Below, piece by piece: positions 36,546 to 48,929 of a stretch of DNA of 64,000 nt. The notes beneath the pieces are model-generated. The model was not told where the DNA came from and made no database searches. It saw nothing but the letters and a program-made list of their open reading frames with translations. Within the stretch, counting starts at the first letter, position 1, and each line of letters begins with the position of its first letter. A program made the position numbers and the translations under genes. The stretch comes from Vicugna vicugna (lineage: Eukaryota), in NCBI GenBank assembly GCA_013265495.1, contig MU058456.1, positions 186,001-250,000 on the forward strand. The letters are read 5' to 3'.

Positions 36546-37374
36546 CAGATGATGGTTCCCTGGTCTGATTTGCAGCTGATTGGGCCTGAAGGATGACATG
36601 CATGCCCTTCAAATTAGAGTGTTATCATTATTTTGAAATATTTGATGTAAAAAAATCTGTTGCCATCATTAAATACATTTCAATGTTATAATTGCCAGTG
36701 AAAAGAAAGAAGAGTGCTTAGATTTTCAAAGTGTTTTCCCTGTTGTAAAAATTTCAATGGTTATAAAATGGTTTTAAAATTAGAATTATGTGTTAAAAAA
36801 TAATATAAAATTAGAATTATGTGAACAGAATTTCTCACTGATGTGACTCTCACAAATCTGAAGGGTCACCGTGCAAAAGCCTCTTGATCAGGAATTGTGT
36901 GTAGCCATTTCACCCTTAAAATCTGATAGAAGAAAGTTATGCTTGTTATTGTCATAGAAGTAAGCTCAAGATTCTCATCAAAAATGTGAGAAGACTTGGG
37001 GGGAGGTTTTATTCAAGTTCAATAGCTGACATCTTCCCCAATATTTTATATTTTATTTTTTATCACGATTATATATAAAATAACTAAAATGATGATGTTT
37101 TCACACCAAGTTCCAAAGAGATATGCCCAGATGTCCCCCAGATAACCTCAGCAGGCCATACAAATATTATCATTTTCTATGTGTGGATAATGTGAAAAAA
37201 GATTGGGAAGAATGGATGTCGGTGACCCGACATCTTTTTGATTGTGTGGGAACAACTCAAAACAGTTTTAAAGGAAAAATTACAAAATGACAGACAATTC
37301 CATTATAATAAGATCAATTGGAATCTTTAGAACACGCAATAAATCTTCTAATTTGCCCATAAAGAAAGAAGTAT

Positions 37375-37680
37375 ATAGTCATTCCTCAGTAGTCCCAGGA
37401 GATTGGTTCAAGAACCCCCACAGATACCAAAATCTAAGGATGCTCAAGTCCCTTACATAAAATTGCATAGCATTTGCATATTAACCTACCCACATCCTCC
37501 TATAAGCTCTGAATCATCTGTGGATTATTTACAATACCTAATAGAATGTAAATGCTGTGTAAATAGTTGCTTTCCAGTTTTGTTTTTGGAATTTTCCAAA
37601 ATTCTCCCCCTCCCCTGAATATTTTCCATCTGAGGTTGGTTGTGGATACAGGACCCACGGGATGTGGAGGGCTGACTGTC
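37375..37680. mobile_element. MER2 (TcMar-Tigger) MITE
   Basis: gattggttcaagaacccccacagataccaaaatctaaggatgctcaagtcccttacataaaat; TIR-like end ggatgtggagggctgactgt. Confidence 0.88.
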
Positions 37681-37800
37681 TATATGTGTTTGTATATGAA
37701 CATATATGCATATGTGTGTTTATATATGTATATATACTTGTATATGTGTACATATACTATATACGTATGTATGTATATGTGTATGAATACACACACATAT
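37681..37800. repeat. (TA/TG)n low-complexity repeat
   Basis: tatatgtg-type degenerate dinucleotide repeat. Confidence 0.85.
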
Positions 37801-38854
37801 TTCTAGGAGGTTCCTATTTCAAGGTCTCAAACTCTGGCTCCTTGCCAGGGTTGCTTGAGGAGCGACATTCACGCAGGCTGGGGGTATATCCAGGCCTCTC
37901 TCCCCGTGGGCCCTGAATGAGTTAGTTACTTAACTCGAGTGCCCTTTTCTGCTTCACACCTATTGTCTGCCTTGTAGGGCTATTGTGAAGATTAAAGGAG
38001 GTAAAACACACACAAGTGTCCGTAACAACCCCAGATGCTGATGATAGTGGTCAGTGAAAACACGCATCTCCTTTGAACTCTTTGGATGGAAAATGATTCA
38101 TGCCTTTGCATTAGGCCTGTTTTGTTTTGTTTTTGTTGGGTAGAAAATCTCCATTGTATAAGAAGGTGGACTGAAATTCCTGAGAGTTTGACAGTTGGGT
38201 CAGAATGAACCGCAGGGCCTCCCCGCCCACGGCTGGCGTCCCAGTTCCTTCCAGCAGTGAAAACCGTCCCTGCACCTCTTTCTCTTTCTTGTCTCCCAGC
38301 GCCCAGGCAGTCAGTTCAAACCCGTCACTGTCCAGAGGGGAGGGCAGCGAGCAGTCACTGCTAAAAAGCCCACGCTGTGGAGTGAGCCCCGCCTCCAGCT
38401 TTTGTCACCCCGGGAAAGGCCGGGGGTCTCGGGTGGTGAAGCCCAGCGGAAGGTCAAGGGCACGGCGGCCCCTGTCCTGCAGAGCCTCCTCATCGCCGCC
38501 GCCCCACAGGCATTCAGACGGGAGCCGACCCTGTTCACGACAAATACTCAGTAAGCCCCACTTTGCGTTTGATTTCTAGGTATAATGACTGAGGTAGCAG
38601 AAGGTTTTAGGTTAAAAGACCTAAAATCCATTTAATGCCTGGATGGACATCAGAATTAGGCGACGGGTGAATCATGCGAGAGTCAAGGCAGGAGCCGGTC
38701 TCTTGCTGGAGTGTATGCAAGTGCTGAGATGCGTCTCCGGATCGTTTCAAGTCTGCGTTTGCAGGTTGGGGAGGAGCTTAGAGGACCAGCCAAAAGTGTG
38801 TTGAGTGGCCCCTGTCGGTGAGGGGCACCCCAGCCGCTCTTCACCAGGCACAGG

Positions 38855-39205
38855 AATGATAGCTCATTTCTTCTTATCTGAATAACATTCCATCATAAGA
38901 CTATGCCAGTTGGCTTATCCATTTGTATACTGAATGACATCTTGATTGCTTCCAATCTTTGACACTTATGAACAAAGTGCAAGTTTTTGTGTGAACATGT
39001 TTTCAACTCATTTGGTTAAATACCCAGGAGCAGGATGGCTGGAAAATATGGTAAGCCCAGGATGAGCTCTATAAGAAACTGCCAAACTGTCTTCTAGGCG
39101 GCTGTACCATTTTGTATTGCTACCACCAATGACTGAGAGTTTTCGTCGCTCTGTGTCCTTGCCATCATTTGGTGTTGTCATTGTTTTGGATTTTGGCCAT
39201 TCATG
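38855..39205 (-). mobile_element. L1MA/L1MB-type 3' fragment
   Basis: ataagaaactgccaaactgtcttc..ggctgtaccattttgtatt..ttttggattttggccattc. Confidence 0.8.
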
Positions 39206-39469
39206 GAGTTTTATAAAGCTTAACAGAGCCTGGTACAGAGGCAGGGCTCAGTATCTAGAAGCCATTGTTAATCTTGTGAGTGCTTTTTTCCTTTCCCTAT
39301 GCCTTTCCTCCTTTTCTTGGCCGATTTCAATTCTCTCTTTTATCTGAAGCTGAACTCTGATCTTTAATCTCCAAAAACTCTCTCTTCTCCTACCTGCTGA
39401 CCTTTACTCCTGCGCTTTCTGTTACCTTTAATTAGACCTGCAGCATTTGATGCTTCAAGAATTGCCTTG

Positions 39470-39847
39470 AGTGTTGTGTTAATGCTCTAGAGAAACAGAA
39501 CCAATAAGATGATCACACAATTGAGGAGGTTGGCAAGTCCAAAATCTGCGGAGCTGGCCAATGGGCTGGTGACCAGGAGGAAAGGGTTATGTGGCAGGTG
39601 AAGTCCAAAGGTCGTCTGCTGGCAGAATTCCCTCTTGTTCGGGAGAAGTCAGTCTTTTTGTTCTATTCAGGACTTCAGCTGATCAGATGAGGCCCACTCA
39701 CATGAGGAAGGGCAGTCTGTTTTACTCAAAGTCTACCCCTTTAAATGTTAAAATCATCCCCCCAAAACACCCTCATAGAAGCAGAATAATATTTGACCAA
39801 ATATCTGGACACTGGCGTAGCCAAGTCACATAAAATTAACCATGATA
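39470..39847 (-). mobile_element. MLT2 (ERVL) LTR
   Basis: ctctagagaaacagaaccaata ... tttgaccaaatatctgg..cataaaattaaccat. Confidence 0.85.
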
Positions 39848-40613
39848 AGTATAGGGACGGTGCTTTGAAATTAAGCCAGAAGCATTTTGAAATTGGAAAG
39901 CTATTTCTGAACTTTTCATGTCCCAGGCAGCTCCAGTCTGCTGCCAGTTTCCAAAGGGAGCTTGATAAACAGTGGCCGAGAAAATGTTTGAAAAATGAGT
40001 TCTTTAATTAGCAAGTTTCAGACCCAGCGTGGGGATTGGGCGGGAGGGGATAAGTTGTCTGTCCTACTATGAGGGTGATCATTTAAATTAAAGCATTCCT
40101 GCTTGGAAGACCTCAATGTGGAGGTTAATTTTGGATTAAATGAAAAATTTATACAAGTTTTAAAGATGGTGGTATTTCCAAATGCATCAGGAATGCAAAT
40201 TCTTAACCTTTATGGTTTTGGCTATCCTTATTTTTTCTGACTCCTTTTATCGTTTTATTTCTTCTACTTTGGAAAGAATATAAAATGACAGCTAACTGAA
40301 AATGTATGTGCAGGTGTCCAAGTTTTCCATGGAGACAGAGCTTTATAATTGTTACCTGGTGGATTGTTAGAAACTGATCTCCAGTATAAAGTGCTGAGAG
40401 TCTCCGCTCACTCAGTGTGTTTGTGCAACCAGTCTTGGTCAATGGCTCAAGTTCCCTCTAAAGTTCCCTCTAAAGTTCCCAACCCAACCTCATTTCTGCT
40501 TCCTCCACGTGGGGTCCCACACACTGTGAGACAGACTCCACAACAAGCAAGTTGTGGAGAAAGTAAACAAGCAAAGGGTAAGGAAACTTATAATACACAG
40601 GACAGTGAGTGTG

Positions 40614-41020
40614 TGTGATGGTCAATTTTATGTCAACTCCTCTAGGCCACGGCACCCAGATATTTGGTCAAACATATCTGGGTGTTGCTGTGACGGTATT
40701 TTCTGGATGAGATTGATTTATATCAGTATACTTTGAGAAAGCAGATTATCCTCTGAAATGTGGGTGGGCCTCACCCTATCAGTTGAAGGCCTTAGGAAAA
40801 GATTGTTACTCCCTGAGGAAAAAGGAATTCTGCTCCAGACTGCCTTTGGATTTGAGCTGCGACATCAACTTGTCACCAGTCTGCTGATCTACCCTGCAGA
40901 TTTTGGACTTGGACCTCCATAGTTGTGTAAACCAATTCCTTAAAATAAATCACCTCTCTATCTAAATACTCACACAGGTATCTCCTTTGGTTCTGTTTCT
41001 CTGGAGAACCCTTTCTACCA
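40614..41020 (+). mobile_element. MLT2 (ERVL) LTR
   Basis: tgtgatggtcaattttatgtcaact..cccagatatttggtcaaaca ... ggttctgtttctctggagaaccc. Confidence 0.88.
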
Positions 41021-41129
41021 AACTGTGGTTGGGTGGATGTTGCTCATGAGGAGAAGAGAATGGAAGCAGTTAGTGTGATAAATCCAGCTGTTGGAACCAC
41101 ACACTTCCAGAACTACAAGTGTTCTTGAG

Positions 41130-41420
41130 GGAATAAGGTGTAGTTGGAAGGAACACAAGACTTGGACTCAGACAGCCTGGGTTTGAGACCTCACTCTGCC
41201 GTATAAGTGCGATTGTAGGCAAGCCACTTAACCTCTCCAACTCTCAGTGTCCTCATGTCTAAAATAGGAATAGGTGTGTTACCTTCCTGTGTCGGTGGAG
41301 TCATGAAAGGAGCTACTATCTGTGAGACTCTGTACTAACCAATATTATTATTGACTCTGCTGTTTCATTTTACTAATGGGGAAGCTGAGACTCAGGGAGG
41401 TTAAGTAATTTTTCCAAGAT
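41130..41420. mobile_element. MIR fragments
   Basis: ggcaagccacttaacctctc..ctcagtgtcctcatgtctaaaatagg; gaagctgagactcagggaggttaagtaa. Confidence 0.75.
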
Positions 41421-41585
41421 AAGAATTTAACACTGTAGAGTTTTGTCTTTTTTCTCAGTGCTCTGTGGATTTCCCATGAATGATGATAATCTTAAAATTC
41501 ACTGAGTGATGACTACGTGCCAGAAACTGTGGTAAATGCTTTACATGTATGTCTCCTCTCGCTGAAAGCTTACAGAATTGATGCT

Positions 41586-42182
41586 TGTATGGGTTTCCTA
41601 TTGCCCCACAGTAAATTAGCGCAAGCTTAGTGGCTTATGACAACACCCATCGATTATCTTCTGTAGGTCAGAAATCTGGGCATGGCATGTGTGTGTCTTC
41701 TGCTCAGGGTTTTATAAGCCTGAAAGCAAGGGAATAGCAGGGTTGTGTTCCTTTCTAAGAGGCTTTGGGGAAGCATCTGCTTCCAAGCTCATTAAGGTTG
41801 TTGGTTGAATTCAGTTTATAGATAATAGGGCTAAGAGCCCCATTTTCTGGTTGGCTGTCAGTCAGGAGTCACTCTCAGTGACACCTCATTCTTTGCCACT
41901 TGGCCCTTATAGGCAGTTCATGACATGGCTGTTGTTTCTTCTTCCAGGCCAGCAGGGGTGGGCATCTCTCTGACTTCTTTCTCTGTGACTAACTGCAGAA
42001 AATGCTGTTTTTAGAGGGCTCTCTTGATTAGGTCAAGCCCACCCACTTACTCTCCCTTTCTTTTAGTCAACTGTGCCACATAGCATAACCCAACCACATC
42101 ATTATATTCTCAGTCCCAGGGATTATGCAGGGCATGTTCACCAGGGGGTGTGGATATTGGGACCATCTTGGAATTCTGCCTG
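41586..42182 (-). mobile_element. MLT1 (MaLR) LTR
   Basis: tgtatgggtttcctattgc..cttagtggctt..ctgtaggtcagaaatctggg ... ggaccatcttggaattctgcct. Confidence 0.8.
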
Positions 42183-44949
42183 TTTACTAATATCTTAATC
42201 TTACAGGTCAAGAAACTGAAACCAGGAGTAAGTAAATGACTCAGGATTACACAGCAGTAAGTGGAAAAGGCAAGGATCAAAATTAGGGCTTTCTGCCTCT
42301 AGAACCTGTACTCATTGCCACTCTGTTACACTATTACACCTTTCCCTGTTGACCCTTGGGGCTCTCCTAGTCTCTGGGCCATGAGGGAATAAGTAGGGCT
42401 GGGTCTGTCAAATAAATCCGTGTTGGAGATGGCCAGTCATTTGTAATCACTGAAGTTTACCCACTAGCAATACCGTGGCCCATGAATGTGTTTCCCTTGG
42501 TTCCTGTGAAAACATTCTGGGGCCCTGAAGTGATGTCATGAATCATGGACATTTCAGATAACCTGGTGGGCTACTGCAAGAGCCGATGATGTCAAATGGC
42601 CTTTTCAGTATCCTAAAAAGTTCTTGTTCAGATGCTGGTTTATTCTGCATCCACACAGGGAGCATGCGTGCCCTGTGTACACAGTTGTCTCTCTCCCCCT
42701 CGTCCATCCCTTTCCATGAGGCACTGTGAGAGCAGCTGGTGTCTGGACAGGGAGGGAGACGACCAAGTGGAGCTCACAATTCATGGTGCCCCTCTTCATG
42801 GGGCCACACACCTGCCACCTGCTGCTTTGTGGTCCCCATGCCCACCTTTCTGATGGGGTGGGTCTGGGCCTGGATGCTAGGGCTGGGGGAATGCGGGAGG
42901 CTGGCTAAGTAGGATTTTATTTTCTGCCAGGTGGTTTCTGTGAAATAAGCAAGGAAGGCATCGTGCCTACATTTTGTAGTCTTTGCTCACCATTGGCCTC
43001 TGGGAGAATTTGGGAGTTGAATGAAATATTCATGACCATACACACATTGACTTTAGCATCCATTAGCCTGGAGGTGATCCTTGACTAGCACGACTTTAGT
43101 GCTTCGGCTTAACTTCCCAGCTTTCATGCAGAAATCAGGAAGAGGGGGTATTCTTTTGTTGGAACCCATTGCTGACTAGGGACATGGTATTTGTGCGCAG
43201 GCGGAGATGAGCAGGGCTCTTCCATGGATGCCTTAAAGCAGTACATTCAGGAATAAGAGGTGTGGTGTGAGCCACCAGACGTCTTTCCAAACCAGGTCTG
43301 GTAAACAAACTTGCTCCAGGATATCCGCTTCTCACTTGGATGATGGTCTTGGGAAAATGAGAGAAAAACACAGAGACTCTCTTAGCAGAGTAACACTCTG
43401 CTTTTGCTGTAAGAATGGTCAGCAGTAACAAGAGGCAGATTTATTTGACTTGTTTGCTAGGGAGGCTCGAAAGACCCAACCCTGCCCTTCCGGCTCCACT
43501 GAGGGCATACTTTGAAGGCACTGCAGGATTGGTTGAAAAAGATAAGGTGTGGGGTCCTCTGGAGAGAATGGAAGGCAGGCTAAAGAAAATGGAAGGAAGG
43601 AAAATGTTCCTGTTTGTGGGTTGGCAGGCAAGGTAGAGGCAGCGAGCCACTCTCTGGAGCGCTGCTTCCAGCTCCACGTGTCAGTGAGTGTGCCTGCCTA
43701 GCAGGAAGTAACGCGCCGCCGCGTCCTAGCCTTGCAGGAGTTATCTTCGTATTTCGACCCCCTCCCTCCTTACAGTTCTGAGCTCCTCTCCTTGCATTCT
43801 GGGGTTCCCTTGCACAAGCACATCGAATGGTCTTGAACATTCCCACACCGTCTTGTCCTTCTCACTGTGACTCCTAATGGCATGGGCGGGAAAGTGCCAC
43901 ACTCCCCCTTCCAGGTTCTTTGCTTACATGGGGGCTTAAGTCTGCAAACCACACTCCCCCCTTTTGGGCCAGCCAGCGTGCCACAGGAAGTCGCTGAACA
44001 TCAGGTGGTGGAGAGGAGTCATCTCTTCAGCTCCAGTGGCCCACTGCTACCAGCGGCGAGGGGCTGATTACGACTGCAGGCAGCTGTGGCTCCAGACGCA
44101 TGGTGGCAGCTTCAGGGACGTCAGCAGGTGTAGGGGCTCTTTGGCTCCTGACTGCAGAAGCAGCGTTGACAGCTCCTCCAGCAGGAAAGCCAAGTGTGCA
44201 TACACCCATACTGCGGGGGCACGGGGCGGAGCATCCTTCTGGTATTTGGGTACAGCCCCGTCCCCTTCCAGCCCCTTCAACCACACCACACCTTTTCTCA
44301 TCTGTTCTTCCGGCCCTTGTACCACCTCTCCAACCAATTCCGCGTTAGATATTTTTATCCTCAAAATATCCAGGGGGTGGGAGGCTTCATTTTCCCGAGT
44401 GAACACCAATCCAGGAAGTTATTTTGACCAGTCTAAGACCATTCTGAACGGGGGGCCCCAGGTTTGCTTGCTTTTATTCCCTTAGCTTTGAAGTTTTTTT
44501 CCACATTTCTCTGTACTCTTCTTTTGATGATCAAGAGCCATTAATATTATTATTTCAGGGTTAAATTTTTTAAAAAGACAATCAAAAGAGTGATGGACAT
44601 AGCAATATACTGTAGCAATTAAGCCAGGGTAGAAAGCATAGGATGGTGAACAATTATAGAAATTTGAACCAGATCTCAGTTATGACATACCTTTGCCCTT
44701 ATGGTCATTGGGAAATTAGCCATTAGACAAGTTTTGTCAAAACGTGACCGGACCTGTCAGTTGATTTTATTGTGTCATAAACTTGATGAGCTGACACTGG
44801 TTGCTCTACCAGTTTTCCTTAATCTATGCTCTATTTCAAAGTCAGACAACATGGGTGATATGAATACTGTTTACTTTTGGAGAACTGAGCAGGGCATGAG
44901 CGATTAAGTGATATTTTTCAAATGTATATATATGTATATTATTGTGAGT

Positions 44950-45430
44950 ATGTTTCAGGTGAGACGATTTTATTATGAGTAAAAGCAGCAGTATAAAGAA
45001 GTCAAAAGGACTTAAACAGGAAAGATATTTATTGTGCTACATGACTGGAAGTTCAGAGACAGGGCAGGCTTCAGTGCTGGCTTAATCTAGGGGCTCTTGC
45101 CCCATTTCCCTGAGATGCTCTTGGCTTTGCTGGCCTCTCTGGGTGGGCTTCTTGAGCGTGTAGCATTTGGCTATGTCTAGAGAAAGACAGCAAGGATTGC
45201 TTCTGGAAGCTTGAGAAGTCCCCTAGAATCTTTTCTCATATTTCACGGGTCTGAATTCAGTCAAATGCCTGTCTGGAACCAATCACTGGGAAGGGATGGA
45301 AATGACATCACCTTTGGCACATTCTGAAGCTTAGAATAAGGTCAGATTTCCCATAGGGTCTGCATGGAGGAGGGAGTGTTTCCTTGAAGGAAATCAGGGT
45401 TCTTTTAGGGAGGAAGAAGATTAGGGAAGA
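44950..45430 (-). mobile_element. Old MLT1-like LTR
   Basis: ggaagttcagagacagggcaggcttcagtgctggcttaatctaggggctc pattern. Confidence 0.55.
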
Positions 45431-45544
45431 GATACTTGAATAATGAAGACTGAGATAGAGAGGTGGTGTTCACAGTCACTAGACTGCTCTGACGCTGAAA
45501 AAGACATCTCTTTGTGTAGTTGATTTAACTGATGCCTTACAATT

Positions 45545-46620
45545 TTTATTCTTTCAGCCAGCACTTATTGACCATTAAATCTGGGCCTGGTACTGTGCCA
45601 AGTGCTGGAGGTACAAAGAATAATAAAAAATAATGCCCTGTCCCTTGAGGCTTTTACAGTCTAGTGGAGGAGACATGTAGGTGAACACGACGATTATGGG
45701 AAATACGTGAGAGAGTTGTTGAAGAGAGACAGAGCAAAGTTTTACGAAAACTCAGAGGAAGGAGCAACTAAATCTATGGGGAAAGAGGCTGAGGAGGAGG
45801 GTAGAAGTCTAGGAAGATGGGCGTCCTAGTCAGAAGGAACAGCATGTGAAATGGCACAGAGGCATGGAAAACCGTGGACTGTTCCAAAATATCTCTACCT
45901 GTGAGAGCATATGGGGGATGAGGAGGGATAAGGGCCTAGGATCCAGGTCCTGGAGAGACTTAGACTTCATCCTGTACCTGGCAGGAAGTTTAGGAGGTGG
46001 GAGGGCTTGGGGGGACAGGACTAGAAAGCCTATTCCGGACTCACAGACATACAAAACAAACTTACGGTTACCAGGAGGGGAAGGGGGTGGACAGGGATAA
46101 ATTAGGAGTTCAATATTTGCAGATACTGACTAATACATATAAAACAGATAAACAACTTTATACTGTATAGCACAGGGAACTATACTCAATATCTTACAGT
46201 AACTTGTGGTGAAAAATAATATGAAATAAATATATGTATGTTTCTATATGACTGAAGTATTGACACAACATTGTGAACTGACTATACGTCAATAAAAATA
46301 TATTAAAAAAAAAAGACTGTTCTGGCCTGGTGCAGAGAATAAATTGGAGGAGGCAAGCTTGAAAGCAGGGAGGTTCTTTCCATAGCCAAGTGAGAAACTC
46401 AGTGAGAGTCTAAACTAAGGAAGAGATGGAGGGCCTGGAGCAGAAGGGACCAATCAGAGGGAGATTTAGAAGAAAGAGTCAACAGGTCCTGGATGAGAAG
46501 GGGGTTGGGGGGAGAAGGGGCGGCAGTTCTAATGGCAGCGAGGAATATGAGTCAGAGAGGGCTCTGGCAGTAAGCAGGATGGGGACTTGAGATGGTCAGG
46601 AAAGAGCATTCTAAGGAGGA
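45545..46620 (-). mobile_element. L2 3' region, interrupted by a young L1
   Basis: cacttattgacc..tgtgccaagtgctggaggtacaaag..ttttacagtctagtggaggagac. Confidence 0.7.
46039..46311 (+). mobile_element. Short young L1 3' end with TSD
   Basis: actgtatagcacagggaactatactcaatatc; aataaaaatatattaaaaaaaaaa tail; TSD aaagcctattccgg (46025) / aaagactgttctgg (46312). Confidence 0.9.
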
Positions 46621-48118
46621 AATATTCAAGCCGATACATAAATGGAGTCATGGAGCAAGGCATGCAAATATTTCGCACAAGTAGCTGGGCATTTCTCAGG
46701 CTGCTTTTCCTAATAGTTTTGAGAGCTATGGAACCAAGGTTGGGAGGAAGATGCCTACTGACAGGTAAACGCGTAACTTTTCCTTTATTCCTGTGGGTCT
46801 GTGGGTAGCAGTCTTTCCATCTGTGAACTCCCTGATGTTGAGTGTGCTGGAGACTGCAGGATCCCCCAGCCTCAGCCATGCCTCCTCCTCCCTCTCACTC
46901 CCAGTTCTGATCCTGGCACTGAGCACTGAAGTTTTCCCTAGGGCTGGGCTGCAGTCTGGATCTAGCAGCAGGGAGCTCCTTTTGGTGCAGATACTGCTCC
47001 TGAACACCAGGGGGCTCTCCTGAGAACCAGAATCAGCCTGGATGACATCTAGGACAAGGTGTCTTCTGAGGTGTCCACATCTTGTACGGTGTGATGCAAG
47101 GGACTAAAGAATTATCAGCTTATTCAAACTCAAATTGTACTTTTAACTTGGGAATAAAAGATACCTCATCCAATAAATTCAATGACTAAGACAAGAAAGT
47201 CTCATAAAGTTCTCATTTCTCTACTGATCTTGGTCTTGGATTATTTGAGTGAGTGAATGAATGAATGAATGAACAAGTACTTAGGCAAAATCCCAGGAGA
47301 ATTTTCAAAGGGGGCGAGAATGGGAAGTAAAGAAAAGACTGTTTCCTGTGCTTGAGGCAAGTCCCAAGTGAGCGTTTTCTTTGTCTACTTAGTGACCCTC
47401 GCTCCTGTTACTGCTGATTTACTCAGAGGCCTTCACTGGCTTCTTGATCATACAAGCCTTGTAGGAAAGAGTGTCTCAGAAACTGAAGCTTGCAGCCATT
47501 TGAACACTTTGAGTTTTTGAAGACACGTTGGAAAGGTATTGTCTTGCTACTTCATTGTCCAGGAGGGCCTGTAAGATGCAGTTTATGCTAGTCAGGTTTG
47601 GATGGTATAATACAAAAGAACAGTAAGCCCAGTGGGTATAAGGCAGAAAGGCTACCATTTGGGGATAGCAGCATCTTTGAGAAGTCTTACTATTTTAAAA
47701 GGTAATATGCTGTTCATTCTTTGAATGAGGTTAAACTTTGGTGCCACTGTCTCTTTAACATCTGGTCTGCTAAACCAGGCCTGTACCAGGCAATGTATTT
47801 TGGATCACTGGCCCACGCACATGCCATATACTTGCTGCTACAACCATCTACTGTGTCTTAAGGAAGCAAGCTTCTGTTAGCACCGACTTCAATAAAAATG
47901 AAATACCGCAGGCCTGAAGATCTTCTCTTCTCTGTGACTGTTACCATATTCTGCCATCGGATGTGGTTCTTCAAGTCCTGGTTCACGGGGAAAGGGCAAG
48001 GGAAGCAAGAATTGCAAAACAAACCAAAAAACTGTTGTTCGGACCAATAGGCAAGTTTGGTGAGTTCATTGTTTTTGATTTCATACGTTATTTACCCAGG
48101 AAGTCTTTCATACCTGAC

Positions 48119-48135
48119 GCCACTAGATGTCACTA
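48119..48135 (+). promoter_or_regulatory. Candidate CTCF-binding site
   Basis: gccactagatgtcacta matches the CTCF core CCASYAGRKGGCRS with one mismatch, in non-repeat sequence. Confidence 0.5.
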
Positions 48136-48929
48136 AATATCAAGCTTCTTAGAAAAATTGCGTTGGAGAATTTCCCAACCGTTGTTGCATTTCCCCTCAT
48201 TCTATTAATATTTTAAAACTCTATTTGTACTGTATACATTTTCCACATCATTATTTTTTCCTGAACCTTTTACGTTTAATGTGACATTCATTCTTAGGAA
48301 CGTAGCTTCATCCTATTTGACAGTAAGCCAGCTTATTCTCTGGATAGGGATAATTCCTCTGGCCCATCCTCCATGTGGCAAGTGAATTCACATTCCATTT
48401 GCTATTAAAACGATGTGGTAAAAATGTGCATGATTCTGTTGTCGACACTGGTGGAGTATTTGCTCTCTGATGCGTTTTGGCTGATCAAGCACAATGTGAA
48501 AAACTGGAAACTTGATTGCTTGCTTATAATTTAGGCTCCTCGGAAAGAGTGAGGCTCTCCTAGAGATCTCTGTGGCCTTCAGACAGGGCCACCATGTAAA
48601 CCGTCTCAGGAGAGTGAGGAGCCCGTCCTGGCTTCAAGGCGCTATAGGAAAGGTCTTTGCTAAAACAAAACCCCTCTCTCTGATGCCCCTTAATCCCTTT
48701 CTCTTTCTCTAGGCTTCCTTGTCATATTTTCTGTGACAGCTCCCTGGGGACCAAGGCCAGCAGAATTTTCTATGCCTTGGGAATATCTGTTCCCATCAGT
48801 AATTCAGACAGTAGGAAGGAGAACTTGTCGCGTGTCCCAGAGGGACGCTTCAATTGTGCATTTGATGTTGACAGCTTTCTTTGTCGTGAAGAATAGAATT
48901 CAGGGGAGCATGGATCACACAGTCTAATG

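Noticed and set aside
43964..44485. 173-aa ORF and the antisense 113-aa ORF as a gene or processed pseudogene
   Set aside because: Non-ATG starts, no recognisable homology, and no poly(A) or TSD; open frames are explained by GC content.
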